From positions 3,100,001-3,164,000 of the forward strand of contig CDRNST010000058.1 of NCBI GenBank assembly GCA_977016875.1: a stretch of DNA of 64,000 nucleotides, given 5' to 3'. Numbering within the stretch: position 1 is the first letter of the stretch; each line of letters opens with the position of its first letter. Under the pieces are notes generated by a model. It was not told the DNA's origin. It saw only the letters and a list, made by a program, of their open reading frames with translations, and did no database searches. This DNA is from Pavona decussata. Taxonomy: Eukaryota. Of the stretch, positions 1 to 11,976 are shown piece by piece. A program made the translations under genes and the position numbers.

Positions 1-744
1 GCGAATCCACTGAACTTTTTTAATAGTGTAGCTAATAACGACCAGTAAGCTTTATTTCTGCTTTCAATGATATATTTTGCTTTATAATTTCGTTTCTACA
101 ACTTCTGCACTATTTAAATTTAGGAACCAAAGCCATGTAATTGCAAGAACGCTTGTTTGACCTGTAGAAAAAAAGGTTCTACTAGAAATTGTTCTTGTTG
201 ATGAGATAATCGACTGTGTACCGAAGCTTGTATTCATCTGAAATCCAAATCAAGCAGTGATGATGCAAAGTTCGTATTATTTATGAAGATTTCCTCTACG
301 TGAATGTTTCGCCAGGTTGAGAAAATGTGATTTTTCAAATATATAATTATAATAGAGATTTGGTGGCCAATGTTTTTGAATGATTTTTCTAGTTATTGAA
401 GTTAACGCCGGGGATTTCTTTTGTTTGACGCCTTCACGTTTTCCACCTCTTGTTTTTATGTTGCGTTGGAGACAGATTACATACTGATTTTAACCAAATA
501 TGATAAAATAATGTCATAGGATGAGCAAAAGCATACTGAGAAACAGGTTTTTAGTAAAAGCTTTAAAATCCAATAAAACAGTGAGAAGATTGAAGTGGAT
601 TTCTTGATGTATTCGACAGATAGTTTTGATTTCAGGTTAAGGTACACGGTTTTCAAACTGACAAAACTAGTGTTGAGGTCAGCGTGGTCACAAAGCTGAC
701 TGTGTCCCTTCAACATTAAGCTGGTATTGGCCACTAACTATTGG

Positions 745-830
745 ATTTCTGGAATACAATATTATTACTGTATTCCAGAAATGCAACAAATAATTTGTTG
801 CATTTCTGGAATAAAATTCTGGAATAAAAT
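745..830. repeat. Overlapping palindromes built on ATTTCTGGAATA / TATTCCAGAAAT (collapsed MITE-like remnant)
   Basis: atttctggaatacaatattattactgtattccagaaat hairpin overlaps the near-perfect palindrome tattccagaaatgcaacaaa-t-aatttgttgcatttctggaata, followed by another ttctggaata copy. Confidence 0.6.
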
Positions 831-1254
831 TGGTGATTTCCACTATTTAAAGTGCTGAGTGTTCTATAAGGTAGAGTTGATTAGATTTGATTTGCTATTT
901 CAAAAGTGTATTTTGTTTTTCTTCCAAATTAAGATGCAAAATTGGTATTGTGAACAAGACTTTGAATAAACATGACGATCACATTTGTCACTGAAATTAG
1001 ATTATCTTTTTTGTTTATTAACGACAAAAACTATTGTTTGTAGGGGCACTGAAGTCCTAAAAATATCTGCAGAGAAAATGGATTCCGGTTAATTAGACTT
1101 TTTTTAAATTTAATAAGAACAAAAATGTCCCTTACAATGGAGATGAAAAAAGAATATGGAGTAGTCAAAAGTCATAGGTGGTTTAATGGCCATGTTAGAC
1201 TACAATGGGTTTAAACTATATATCACCATCCAATATTATCATAACAGCTGTAAT

Positions 1255-2089
1255 GGGTGATTCCAGAAAATATCCATACCATACCACGGACGGCTTTCAG
1301 GATTTCCGAAGGGGGGGGGGGGGGGGGTTCAAGTTAATGGAATTCTGAGGGCATGGGGTGGGGATATTTATGATTGGATATCCGAAGGCACTGGTGAATT
1401 CAACAGGTGGGATTTCTGGAGTAGAAAGTGCAGAGTGAGTTCCTTAAAAATGCTATTGTAGTGGACTTTTGTAGTTCGTAAATAAAATTATTCACGAACG
1501 TATGAGTGCGGAAGCAGAAGACAAGCATCGCTAGATCATGATACATTTCAAGTACACTACATGAGGCATATGGGTTGAGAACACTTTTTGTGCATACAAC
1601 ATGACATATAAAAGGATGCAACAAGACTTGACGGTACATTTGGTCGCTGAAGGATTTTAACTGGCTGAATTTGAGCTATTCTGCTTTGTAAACGTCAAAA
1701 CAGCACAAGAAAACAAAGAGGAGTAAAACTGGCATAAATGGACTTAAAAAATGGACTCCAAATTCGGACTTAAAAAGAAGTTTTCCCAGCTTGGCCACTA
1801 GTGGTAGGTTTTTCTTGTTGCTGAAGAGTAAAGCTTGTCGCCTAGTGCCGCTAGATGACAGTTTTGAGGAGGCATAAATTCATGTATGTTTGTTCATATA
1901 GGCGTTGCTTCAGTCGAAAATGTACGTCCCAGAAAAAGCGGAAATTCTGAAGGGGAGGGGGGGTTCACGATTATGGAATTCTGAGGGCATGGGGGGGGGG
2001 GTAACACATTTTAGAATTTCAGAAGGTAAGGGGGGGCTAAAACATGAAAGCCGTGCGTTCTTGGATATGGATATTTTCTGGAATTGCCC
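1255..2089. mobile_element. Non-autonomous TIR DNA transposon (MITE), 3-bp AAT TSD; short copy of the family at 58707-60253
   Basis: Ends gggtgattccagaaaatatccata ... tatggatattttctggaattgccc; AAT on both sides; internal repeats of gggttcacgattatggaattctgagggcatgggg. Confidence 0.85.
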
Positions 2090-2486
2090 AATACTAATGA
2101 ATGATAATAAATAAATTTATTAATATGTTATTACTTCATAATTGACACTTGCATAATCAATGGTATTGGAGTAATGTTATTATTGTATCTTGCAGCTGGG
2201 AAATGTCATAAACTATATTGTTCAATTCACGTGTTTTATTTCAACCAAGGTATCTATTGTTTGAAATTTTGATATGCAATGTGAATGATTACTGTGGGCT
2301 GACCCAAAGAAACTTTTTTTTACAAGTTAGCAAATCAGGATGATTATGTGAATTTCATTAACAATCATGCCTCTTTGCAAAGTTCATCAGGCAAGTGACC
2401 CAGCAACGAATTATTGAAAAGATATTGTTTTATATTATAATAACAATGAAGAAGATATTATTTTGATGGGTCTTGACAATCTGCAA

Positions 2487-2757
2487 GCCAGTGAGCGTGC
2501 GAGCCATGCGAGGCAGACATGTGAAGCACTCAGGTTAGCGTAAAAAAACACCACTCCGGTTAGCCTAAAAATAACTCTGGTTAGCCTAAATAGCACTCAG
2601 GTTAGCTTAAATAGCTCCCTTGTTAGCTTAACAGTTAACATTCATGTTAGGGGTTGGTCATGCCTTGGATGCCTCGTATGTTTTATTCATGCCTCGCACG
2701 TCTGTCTCACATGGCTTGTATGGCTCGCACGTTTGGCTTGCTGGCTCGCACACTGGC
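2487..2757. mobile_element. Small MITE-like element with imperfect TIRs and an internal ~21-bp tandem repeat
   Basis: gccagtgagcgtgcgagccatgcgaggc at left mirrored by gcctcgca...ggctcgcacactggc at right; about 5 copies of cactcaggttagcctaaa inside. Confidence 0.6.
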
Positions 2758-3402
2758 CACACTCGTGATTTGCTAACATGTAAAAGAAGTTTGTTGGGAT
2801 TGATCAGAGTAAAGCGTGTTGCACTGTATTACGCAGTTGATTCTTAATGTAATCCACCTTTTATGCAAAAATTTAACATCAATCATGAAAATAACTATAG
2901 TCCAGTTTAAAATTCTTCAAAAAGTTGATGCGGTGGAATATTACATTGGTAAAAAAAATTAATGAGGTGTAGATATACACTGAGCTCACTGTCAGCTTGT
3001 TGGAAATATAGTTGCATTGGTGTTTATTGATTCGTAACGTTTGTAATAACACTTGTGTATAACACAAAGATGCCTTGAAGCTTTCGGTATTAATGTGTTT
3101 CATTAATAACTAATGTATCTTAAAAGAAAGGGTTACTAGTATACCTTGGAATAGTCTCAGTTTGGCTGATATCTTCTTGTTTATTCCCCAAAAGTCAAAA
3201 AGCATAGACTGTTCAATCGTTACTGATTTCAGCATCTTTCATGAGTAATTGCAAAGAGGTTTGTTGTGCTTCATTATATCTTGTAGCGATATCTACATTG
3301 TTAAAAACCATTATATGAAATAATGACATAAGTGAGAATAATGTATTATATAACAATAAATAACACAGGCGTACTTATAAAAGGAAAATGCTTAACTTAG
3401 TC

Positions 3403-3930
3403 AATGCTATCAGGAGTTGAACCTACTGATTACTAGGTTAGACACTATAACTATATGTGACCTCTCACACGAAAACGTTCCTTACGGTTTGCCGTTTTGA
3501 AACGGATAGCCATTCGTAAGCCGTTCATCAGCCGTTCAAACGGAATGGGATGTCGTTTGAACGGCTTGAGCTGTCTGTTCAAAAACAATTGGGAGCCGTT
3601 CGAACGTTCAGTCGTTCGAAATTTTTCTAAAGCCGTTCAGCCGTTCGACTTCACCTGTTCAAAATTTTCCTTTAGCCGTTCAGCCGTTCGACTTCACCTG
3701 TTCTAAATTTTTCTGAAGGTGATCAGCCGTTCGACTTCACCCGTTCGAAATTTTCCTTGAGCCGTTCGACTTCAACCGTTCAAAATTTTTCTGAAGCCGT
3801 TCACGGCATCCATTTTAAACGGCTTCTCTATCCGTTTGTCATCCGTTCGCATGCCATGCATTCGACCGTTCGAACGGATACCGTAAGGAACATTTTCGCG
3901 TGAGAGGTCACATATGAGCTACAGGAGATT
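3403..3930 (-). mobile_element. Degenerate tRNA-derived SINE head, interrupted by a MITE
   Basis: ctatcaggagttgaaccta...tactag...[MITE]tgagctacaggag resembles the reverse complement of tRNA B/A boxes; related copy at 44805-44870. Confidence 0.45.
3456..3912. mobile_element. MITE with ~33-bp TIRs (TGTGACC...GGTCACA) and internal tandem agccgttcgacttcacc repeats
   Basis: tgtgacctctcacacgaaaacgttccttacggt ... accgtaaggaacattttcgcgtgagaggtcaca, flanked by TA. Confidence 0.85.
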
Positions 3931-4913
3931 GATGGGAACAAAAATCATTAGTTCATTCTATGGAACAAATGTTGTGCATACTGCTAGGATAAGAGTGTGA
4001 ATATCTAACATAGGCAGAAATGCAATAAATGTGGTGGAATATTTTAAGGTTTCTGAAGAAATGAAAATGATGTATTCACTAAATGAGACAAATATGCTTG
4101 GAAAAAAGTAATTTAAGTGCTTATATTATTTCAGGGGTCGGAACTAAGATCTTTTGTGTACTAGTGTAGCTGATTGGAGTGTTAATGTGTGACATATATG
4201 TGGTGTAATGAATGTGATGTATAATAATTTAAGGCTGGTGAATAGTATGACATAGTTTATCAGTAATGTTTTATCAAACGTCTGTTTTATGACTTCTCAT
4301 TGATTGTACCTTTGATTCTACTGTTACAGCACTACGACGTTTAAAGATGGATTATATAGAGTAGAAGTGTGAGTATAAATTAAAAAAAAAATGAGTTTCT
4401 TAACTGATTAAGCTGATCTCAATTGCTCATGCAGAACAACATGTCTTATGCATGTTGTGATTAATTCAAGTAAAATAAACTGTTTGAAAGGAATAATTAG
4501 TATGATTCCGCAAAAAAGTGGGTTCGAAGTCCAATCGGACAGTGGACGACGGAAGAAACTTGCCTCTTGGACACTGTTGAGTCATTTCTTAATGCAGCAA
4601 GCATGTTCACAACCTCTAGAAACAAATCTCCCCTTTTTTCATGGTCTACACTCTTAGAGACCATACAAACGGCGTCATAAGATATAAAAAAATTTTTGGT
4701 GAAGCCAATCGTACACCTGCCGACTCGATCATGCGTTCTCACCCCAGACTCGTACCCAGTCGTATTTACGTGTTTTGTGGGGTGAGAAGATTGGATATGA
4801 GGATGGATTGAGGCGCGCGGCGCGCAGGGTGTTATATTTCATTGTTAAGCCGCTGTTTCACGTTGAAATTTTTAGCTGAGATTTGTGTGCAACAGCGCTG
4901 CGAAACAAGCTTT

Positions 4914-5305
4914 GGGGTATACATGGGTATACAAGGGTATTCATAGGTATACAGGGGTCTACTAGGGTTTACATTGGTATACAAAGGTATTCATGGGTAT
5001 TCATAGGTAAACAGGGGTACACATGGGTATACAAGGGTGTTCATAGGTATTCAGGGGTTTTCATGGGTTTAGATGAGTATACAGGGGTATACTAGGGTTT
5101 ACATGGGTATACAAGGGTATTCATAGGTATACAAGGGTATTCATGGGTATTCAGGGGTTTTCATGGGTTTACATGAGTGTACAGGGGTACACTAAGGTTT
5201 ATATGGGTATACAAGGGTATTCATAGGTATACAGTGGTACTCATGGGTAAACAAGGGTATACATAGGTATACAGGGGTATACAAGATGATTTACATGGGT
5301 ATATA
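4914..5305. repeat. 10-bp-period degenerate minisatellite (acatgggtat/acaagggtat/tcataggtat/acaggggtat)
   Basis: About 39 consecutive 10-mers in register; ORFs over it are artefacts. Confidence 0.95.
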
Positions 5306-5817
5306 AAGGTACTATTATGATAAAGGATATTTGGGTGACTATATGGTACCTTAACATGGAGTATATACCTAATGGGGACTTGATACAGTTTATCAACACT
5401 GCATGTTCTCCTTTCAAAGAAGTAGAAGCTGATGGAAAATATCCGCAGCAACCTTCAGAGAGCTGAGTTTTATGTGAAAGGATTATTGCGTGCTTTGAGG
5501 CATTTAGGACACGTTATTCACATACAACACACTGGCGGTTACCCTTCCATGGAAGTGCAGCAGATATAGAAATGGCGTGAAAACATCAAAACAATTTCTT
5601 TTTGCTTCTGTAACTTCCTGTTATGCAGGGCTATTAGTATCAAGAACAAACTGAACAGACATCAGGCGACAGAACGCCAAGATATTTTTTCAGGTAAGCT
5701 ATTGTGCTGTTGAGAAGAGAATTCAATAGTAAAGACCATTCACCATTTCAAGACCAAGTACACCAGGGCCAATTCTGCGCCACATTTTGAGTGTTTCCCT
5801 AATTGTTTTTGCTTGTA

Positions 5818-7491
5818 ATGCCACGAACTGCAACTAGATCTCGAAAGCGAAAGTTTCAAGGGAACCAGTTCTCACAGACAAAGGAAAAAGCAGTGAAAAG
5901 GGCACCTGAATTTGCTGTAGAAAAGGACGATGCTGAACTCTCTGGCTCAAATTCACAACTGAGCGCTTCATTGAGAAAACTTCAGACAAACCTGGATAAA
6001 ACCGACATCAAGCCGAAATTTAAAGAGCGCATGCCTGAAGTAGGTGGATACCGTATCCTTGATGTGATTTAATTGGCATCAGTATTTGAGTTAGTTGTTG
6101 TAAGGAATGTTAAGAGCAAAGCGTGACATTGCGGATGGAATGAATCATTTTATACATCGAAGAAAGAAAAGAAATTTTTTTTACGTAAACCAACGTCATC
6201 TATGGAATGAGAGCTATTGGGCATGGGGCAAGTGCTGGCAAGAGATTTTGTGCTGTTATGAATATGCAACCTCTTCCAGCCCCAAATGCATACAGCAGAC
6301 ATAACAAGGCTTTGATGGAGGCAGCCAAAAAAGTTGCTGGCGAGTCAATGCAAGCTGCTGCAAGTGAGGTACACCGTCTCGAAGGCAGTAATGATGACAT
6401 AGCTAATTGTGGAGTGATGGCACCTCGCAAAGAGGGCACTCCTCAATGAATGGTTGCGTAACAGTCCTTTCCATGGACACTGGAAAGTGCCTGAATGTGA
6501 AAGTCTTAAGTAAGGTGTGCCATGCTTGTAAAAAGCATGAAAATCAAGAGGATTGTATGGACGAACGTTTATGGCAGGCTGACCATCAAGGGAAATGCAA
6601 AGCCAACTATCAAGGCTCTGCTCCAGCAATGGAGACGGAGGGTGTGAAGCGAATCTTTGAACGTGGCGAAGAGAAAAAATAAACTTTGCCACACTCAGTT
6701 CTTTGGTGATGGGGACAGTAACGGGTTCAATACAGTTGAGAACACTTACAAAGACAAGGGTGTGAACATTGTTAAAAAAGAATGTGTTGGACATGTTCAA
6801 AAACGTGTGGGAACTGCTTTGCGAAATCTAAAAAAAGGGAAAAAAAAGGACTTGCAGGAAGAGGGAAACTTACAGATGCAATGATGGACAGGCTCCAACA
6901 CTACTATGGCATAGTTATTCGGAGCAATGTTGGACACCTTGACAAAATGAAAAAGGCCATCTATGCCAGTTTATTCCACTGTGCATCATCTGAAAGGAGA
7001 GACCTTGATCATCATTGTCCCAAGGGAACTGAAAGCTGGTGTCAGTTTAACGAAGACTGTGCAATGGAACAAGTCTGTATAAGCCTGGGCCAGGTCTGAC
7101 TGACGAAGTGAGGACTCCTTGCTTGAGAAGTGTTTTAATGGAAAAAACCCAGAACCAAAATGAGTCATTGAATGGGATGATCTGGGAGCGTGTGCCAAAG
7201 GATAACTTTATTGGCTCAGAAGCCTTTCAGTTGGGAGTTTTTGATGCAGTTGCACACTTTAATATTGGTTGCCAGGCTGGACTGAACATTTTATCACGAG
7301 CTGGGTTACAACCTGGTGAATTTTGTGTAGCTGCATTTAGACAAACAGACAACCTTAGAATACATAAGGCAAATTACAAGTCAGCTGAAAACGACAAAAA
7401 CAGACGGAAAATTCTAAGAGGCCAAAAGAAGCAAAAAGCGGACAAAGCACAAGAGAATGAAGGAGTCACATATGCAGCAAGAGCATTTTGA
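5818..7491 (+). pseudogene. Kolobok-type (Mutator-like, PF20700-type) DDD/E transposase pseudogene, copy 1
   Basis: Frameshifted ORFs with DGTSQRGHSSMNG, FFGDGDS, KECVGHVQKRVG, GRGKLTD..DRLQHYYG, HHCPKGTESWC, TQNQNESLNGMIW; probable right end ccccagtggcc|ttag near 7969. Confidence 0.85.
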
Positions 7492-8099
7492 CTTTAGAAA
7501 TAATATTGTATTTTGTGCAGTGTAATTGTAATGCACCAGCAGGCACCAATATGTGATATTTGGCAAGAAACATGCAATTCAAACTTTAAATCCGTTTTTT
7601 ATCAATTTGCGCAATTGCACATATTACCGATATTCTACACATGATACCTCAAAAAGTAATTGAGCTTTTAACATGAAATTTTCAGAGGTGTTTGTTTGTG
7701 TTACTGCAGGAGCTGTACCTAAAAACTATTTAGATCTTTGAATTGCACCATTGCTGTATTGAAAAACCTTGAGGGAGGCTCCTTCAAATTCCCATTCCAA
7801 GAAAGGACAGTGCTTAAAATACCTTTAAATGTAAAGAAATTATGCTTTTTTAGGTACAGCTTTTAGCATCATTATCTAAGAGTACTACAAACCAATTTCA
7901 TGAATTTTTGGCAAGTATCGGCTTAGTTATCCTGTTTATAAAGGAGGCCATTTTTTCTCCCCAGTGGCCTTAGTTAATCATTAAATGAGTCATGTGACCA
8001 AAATAAAGTGTTTTTCTATTCAACTTTTCATGATCTTTATTTTGGTACAAATAATGTTTTGCTACGTCATTGCAAAAAAAATTCATTTTTCTTGTATAA

Positions 8100-8650
8100 G
8101 ACCACCAACATGCTGAAATTGACATGGACAAGGATGACTATTCTGTTCCCATGGATGTTCATTCTCTAACATGAACCCCAGATGACACTTGTAACATCCA
8201 ATTATTTCATAAAGAGAATGACACTGATACAGAAAGTGAATAAGAGGACACACGCAGACTCCACAGACAAGTAAGCGATGACGTTGAACAGAAGCTAAAA
8301 ACGGCTGATAACAATTTTCATGTGTACTACATGAAACATTAGAAAGTTTACAGAAACATGTCAAAATCAAGAGGAAAGGCCCCTCAAGCAGCACTTGTCA
8401 CAGCATTTGCAAATTTGGTAGAGATCAAAATGAACTCATTCTACCCATTCTCCAAAATGGGGGGGCCAGAATCAGAGTATAACCCACTTCAATACCAGCA
8501 AGAAAGTCAAAGATAAAAGAATCAAAAGTACAAGCAACTGGTCCAAAGCCAAGTTTTAAAGGGATAAAGGGAGAAGAAAGTAACGAAAAACAGTTGAAGT
8601 TAAGAAAGACTGCCTTCAACATAAAAAAGCCAGCAAAGTATAGCAAAAAA
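8100..8650 (+). pseudogene. Degraded C-terminus of a probable MULE/SWIM-type transposase
   Basis: Stop-interrupted frames reading AALVTAFAN...RIRV*PTSIPARKSKIKES..GPKP, similar to basic C-terminal tails of invertebrate MULE transposases (recognition only). Confidence 0.3.
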
Positions 8651-8952
8651 TGTAAAATTAAATTTTCCCAATGCTGGGCACACTCGTTAGTTCACTACCT
8701 ATTCTAAACAGGGATTAATTTTGCGCACTATTTTTGTGACCTGCAAAAAATCAGGTGACTTTTATCTGGCACTGACAGTCATCTGATTTGATATCTGACA
8801 CCTGATTTTCATGGAACCAAAAAAAAGAATGAAAGTCACATGTTTAGGTTGTTGCTAATTACAGTAGTAATAATGCCCAATGCGGAAGATGTCCCACTTA
8901 TACCAGGGAGAGGGAACTGCTGAAATTGACTAACGCATAAGCCTAAGTTTAA

Positions 8953-11350
8953 GGGGGCATCCTACCTTATTTTGTTAGAAAAAGTTCAAAATTTTGGAAA
9001 AATTAAATTTTATCCAGAAATATTCTTTAAGCATTTAAGAATCAAATGAAGTGGTGTTTTTGGTGTTTTTCCATTTTATTGAAGGTGTCTTCTATAGAAT
9101 TTTGTTGTTGTCTCGTTTCCGTGGCAACGAACGCTGTTTACATGTCTATAAACCGTTTTTCAAAGTCGCCAAAGAAAGATATTTGAAAGCAAACAACACA
9201 GATTGTTTTCAGGAGGCCTGGGAAAGAGGGGGCAGTTCGAGTGGTGTTACACAACGCATTTAACTACCCAATATGCTTCGGAAACATGTGGTCGACAATA
9301 CGTTTCGGTAACAAAGTCTAGGTTGAATCTTTTGCCTTGTTTCTCTTCCGAAAATGCCTCGAAAGTTCCGTTCACAGAGAAAAAAAAGAAGAGAAACTCT
9401 GCTGGAAATCAATAAACAGAGGGAGAAAGCTCATTGTCTTCCAAGCAGTCCGATGAAACATCAAGCAAAACTAAACATGGCGGTGAAGGAATGTCATCAC
9501 CGAAAATTGCGAAGGGAAAGCGGCGTTGGTCCGAAATTGAGGACGAAAATTCAGATGAAGAATTTGATGTTTCAGTAGAGTGTTCAGGGAGACGAATCTT
9601 TGACATTGAAAGCCTGGCTTCAGCGATTGAAGTAGCTGCTGTTTGTAACGAATGCAAGAAAGGATCCCTGCTTCTTCGTGAGGATGGCAAATTGGGACTG
9701 GCCAGCCACATTACTCTCCAGTGTGTAGTCTGTGGTGCGGAAACGGAATTTCATACTGACAGGAAGACAGGAAGGTTTTATCCCATCAGTTGCACTGTTG
9801 TCTTTGCTGCAAAATCTATTGGGCGTGGGTATGCTGGGTTGTCAAGATTCTGCAACAGTCTGGACCTCCCAGGTCCCATGGCGAAAAAAACCTTTAAAAG
9901 ACATTCAAAACAAATAAGGGATACAGCAGTTTCAGAGGCCAGAGCAAGCATGAGTGCTGCTGTAGAAGAGGTTAGGCAGCTAAATAACTGTGATGATGAT
10001 GACCTTGCTGATATTGGTGGGACATGGATGAAAAGAGGACACAGCTCTCTTTAGGGTGCTGTTTTTGCCCTTTCTTGGCAAACTGGGAAAGTCATTAACT
10101 ATTCTGTACTTTCTAAGTTTTGCTACGAGTATAATTACTGGAACAACCAAGATGACAGACCCTTGCAAGACTACCTTTCATGGAGAGCAAACCATGTCTG
10201 CCACAATACCCATGAAGGATCAGCCAATTCCATGGAAAAGGAAGGTACCGTAGCCATTTACTCCAGATCAGTAGAACAAAACAAGTTGCGTTACGTGACT
10301 ATGATCTCGGATGGAGACTGCAAAAATTATAGCACTGTTGTGCAATTGAAACCTTATGGTAACAATGTTGCTATAGTGAAGGAGGACTGAGTCGGACATG
10401 TGCAGAAACGAGTGGGACGGAGGCTGAGAGACCTAAAGAACGCTAACAAAGGAAGAAAGCTAGCCGATGGAATGTCTCTCAAGGGCAGGGATCGTTTGAC
10501 CGACAAACGAATTGACTTGTTCCAGAAATATCATGGAAAAGCCATACGGAGCAACAACAGCAACAAAGAAGGGATGAAAAGAGCAATCTGGGCTATTTTG
10601 TACCATTCTGCTTCATCTGATGATAACCCTCAGCATCAATTTTGTCCCGAAGGAGAAACTTCCTGGTGTGGCTGGCAGCGAGACAAAGCGAAAGGCACTC
10701 ATGACTACAAGCATAAGTCTCCATTACTACCAGCAGTTGTTGAGGTTGTGAAACCAACATTTGAGGCTCTGTCGGCTGATGAACTATTAGACCGTTGTCT
10801 GGAAGGAGCTACTCAAAACCAAAATGAGTCTTTGAACTCTACTGTGTGGAACTTGTGCCCTAAGGAAAGCTTTGCTGGCCTCAATTCTGTGGAAACAGCA
10901 TATGCTATGGATGTTGCACCCTTCAATGATGGCTCACGCACAGCAAAAAATATTATGAGAAGGCATGGCCTGAATCTAGGGCAGTACATTTCTGAGAGGG
11001 CAGAAAAAGAGGGCACCAACCGGGTTAACCATGGAAAAAGAACGTCCAAAGCGGGTCCACTGGTTGCAAGACAACAAAGGAGGACTGAAAGAAGAGCCCA
11101 GGAGGAGAGGCACATTGACCATAAAGGAGAAACTTGTGTTCCTTGCAGATTTTGAGACTCCAATTTAATGAAATTTAAATTCTCAAACTTTCTTTTGCAT
11201 TTTCCGAAATTGTTTCCCGAGCAAACTTTAGTGCCGTTTGGCAATTGTAACTTTGTAGCTTTTTGTCATAATACCCACAAACCATACATTTTTAGAATCT
11301 GTGATAAATTTGCCATGCAATGAACCACTAATTTAGCCCAATTCTTGCAA
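8953..11350 (+). mobile_element. Kolobok-type DNA transposon, copy 2 (left end intact, right end not found)
   Basis: TTAA (8949-8952) followed by GGGGGCATCCTACC; contains transposase 9354-11155. Confidence 0.7.
9354..11155 (+). pseudogene. Kolobok-type (Mutator-like) transposase pseudogene, copy 2
   Basis: CNEC...CVVC zinc finger, GTWMKRGHSSL, ISDGDCK, ED*VGHVQKRVGRRLR, LTDKRIDLFQKYHG, HQFCPEGETSWC, TQNQNESLNSTVW; frameshifts and a stop. Confidence 0.88.
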
Positions 11351-11976
11351 ACTGTGATGTTCCTGGAGACTTGAATATTGTACTGTGACACAATTTTATC
11401 TCGCAGTTGCACAATGGGAGCATGACCTTGTCTGCCAATATGATGTAATTTTTAGCTTCATCGCATAAAGTTATCTCACCTGCTGTATGTGAAATTCAAC
11501 TTGGTTTCTTACATGGTATGTTATGGTTACCATGCTAGCTACAATATAGGCATGACTGAAATGTGGGTCCAGATGTTTATTAAAATGTAGCAAATAGGGG
11601 ATACCAAATTGTGAGGTTTTGTTTACATAGTTTGTTTCCTGCAGTTTAGTTTGATATATAGTAGGAATATTAGCAAGATTTAAACATTTTATTTGTGCAA
11701 GTCCTCATCTTGATAGTGATTGAGCTTGTAATGACAAGGTATACATAATATATTAATGCTCCATAATTTTTAGCATTATTTTACTCATAGTAGGATTTTA
11801 GATAGAATACGCGGCTCGATGAAAGAGCACATCTTACTTGTATATATGAATTGATACCATGTCTAAATAAAGCTATGATTGATTGATGATTTCAATCTAT
11901 GTCTGTATCATAGTAGCTGTGACTGGTATTAAGGCTATTAATCATATCTCCTGACAGTTTGTGTTTTATTTTTAGG

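Noticed and set aside
475-640. LILTKYD (GTPase G4-like) exon
   Set aside because: In-frame stops and no other GTPase motifs
3600-3800. Regular repeats resembling a CRISPR array
   Set aside because: No unique spacers, eukaryotic context, and they lie inside a TIR-bounded MITE
4883-5451. ORFs with GIQGY-like repeats
   Set aside because: Translations of the 10-bp minisatellite
6345-6800. Minus-strand ORFs over transposases (also 10813-11244, 29431-30600, 50703-51053)
   Set aside because: Antisense shadows of plus-strand coding sequence
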